From assembly GCA_002633005.1 (NCBI GenBank), contig NMRA01000042.1, positions 1,247,019 to 1,311,018 on the forward strand: a DNA stretch of 64,000 bases, given 5' to 3'. Shown here piece by piece: positions 62,355-64,000 of the stretch. Position 1 is the stretch's first letter; every line of letters starts with the position of its first letter. Position numbers and translations under genes: made by a program. The notes under the pieces are model-generated. The model saw only the letters and a list, made by a program, of their open reading frames with translations, was not told the origin of the DNA and searched no databases. This DNA is from Phoronis australis (Eukaryota > Animalia > Phoronida).

Positions 62355-64000
62355 TATCTGAAATGTGACACTAGAGATTTTAATGACATTTAAAGATACT
62401 TTTTTCCTTACAGTCACCTAGTTAGAACACAGGATGAATCTCCTCTGTCGAACATATAGATATTTCGTAACTTTCAACCCTGTTTGTTTTTGCCTTATTT
62501 TGCCTTATAATGCAAAATCATCAGCGACTAAAAAACGCTTTCAAAGTTCATGGGTGTTCGTCAACCGTAAAATTCCGAATTGGAAAATGGCGCATGTGCG
62601 CATTGTCTGTGATTTGAGTTGGCAACGGAAATCGAATCAATCCTCTCACGGTAAGGAGTATTATGAGACCGATAAGGAAAAGGCCTGAATTCGATTTGCG
62701 TTTTTAGCGAACTACAGCTTTAACGACCGACCCTTTCTCGGAGTTTAAAATAGCCCTTTAGGCAGTTTACCGCAGACCCTGTGACAGCAACCTCTCAAAT
62801 TGTGCCCCTTCAATACGTGACCCTAATAAAATAGATTTTCACCAAGCTGGAATATAATAAAGTAAACTTTGACCTTTTAGGCGTCATGTCATTCTCGGAA
62901 ATAGTTGAACCGAACTAGCTTCCTACAAGGCGTTCCGTTCACTCGTTCCGACTAGGTGATGCAATTTCTCTCCATGATTTTTCTCCGGATCTCTCTGCCC
63001 TTGGTAGGGGTTTATTACGTTGCTTTTAGTTTAATATTCCCTGATTTAGTGCTTATTTTTGGATCCTAATACCCACAAAAGGTCAATATCATGACCTTAC
63101 AGCGTAACATTCCCAGGTGTAAAAAGTGACTATTTCTCTTTAATTTTTGTTGATGCATAGTTTCTAGCGGTTGGCATCTGGGGCCAGCGTTTTAAAACAT
63201 GTCGCGAGGGTGTGAAATTGGCGACAACCAAGAGTCATGGGGATGCTGAAGTCGGCGGTTGGGACCGGAGGAATCCTCCGTTCCTGAGCTCCAACCATCC
63301 TGCGTGACGTACGCAATCGATCGCACACACACTCATAAAATGCTTTTATCCCTCCCTAGGCCTACAATAACTGTCACATTGCGTGACTCCAGAATCGTTG
63401 CTCCAAATTTTATGTTTCAATTAAATTGGCTGCGTTTTCCGAAATTTGTGATCTAAACTTGAAGAACATTTCTTCCTTGCTTACCGCCGAAAACGCAAAT
63501 TTCTGGTATCGATTCGCCTCTAAAAATGAGAGTTTCCCGTTCGCACACTGCTATATTATTATTTTTTATAATCTTACATCGTGTAAGAGTACTGCTCATA
63601 AATTTATCTATATCTTCTTGCTTTCTCCGATTTCCCGATTACATGCAACTTGCATGTGAGTCTCCGATGCAAAAATGGCTACATTTGTTATACATGTACA
63701 TAACATTTAGCTACTTAGCACATACCCATACACCAGAACCTTACCGAACAAATTACACTAATAAGTCATGAAGCATCCAATTAAAATAAACCTCGATGAC
63801 ACCACTAAATGTCTAGTACCGTATTTAGACTTGAAAGAAGTACCTATAGCCATATCTACTTACCCGATTGCCTTCAGCCGACTGACGTCCTCAGTTTATG
63901 TTCCCATACTGACGGTCATGTACTTATAGCACGTGCGAAAAAGATACAGTTGACAAACATAACGTAGATGAGACCACGAAAATGTTGCCACCATCACGTG

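Overview
Eukaryotic (animal, most likely invertebrate; AT-rich) genomic window with spliced genes, so the supplied ORF track is mostly exon fragments or noise. Genes reconstructed by hand from splice sites and protein recognition: TAF2 (minus, 26 coding exons from 28171 running off the left edge), EBP2/EBNA1BP2 (plus, 29798-37591, head-to-head with TAF2), CFAP144/FAM183 (minus, 44517-40618), FZR1/Cdh1 (plus, 46241-54938), SF3B5 (minus, 57672-57415) and a short DM-domain (Dmrt) gene (minus, 62354-61407). The most notable observations are: (1) an unannotated 4-exon, 284-aa single-pass receptor gene (signal peptide, degenerate Ig-like exon, TM helix, tyrosine-motif-rich tail with ITIM-like and PDZ-binding motifs) nested antisense inside a 7-kb TAF2 intron; (2) two minor-spliceosome (U12) introns in TAF2, one apparently with non-canonical AT-AA termini; (3) a near-perfect 660-bp foldback element with an 8-bp target-site duplication just inside the TAF2 5' region; (4) an EBP2-CFAP144 tail-to-tail pair that I recall also being adjacent in human, with an RFX X-box upstream of CFAP144; (5) a divergent, DMA-less Dmrt gene. 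Several SINE, MITE and tandem-repeat families are also present. All coordinates were read by eye and no searches were run.
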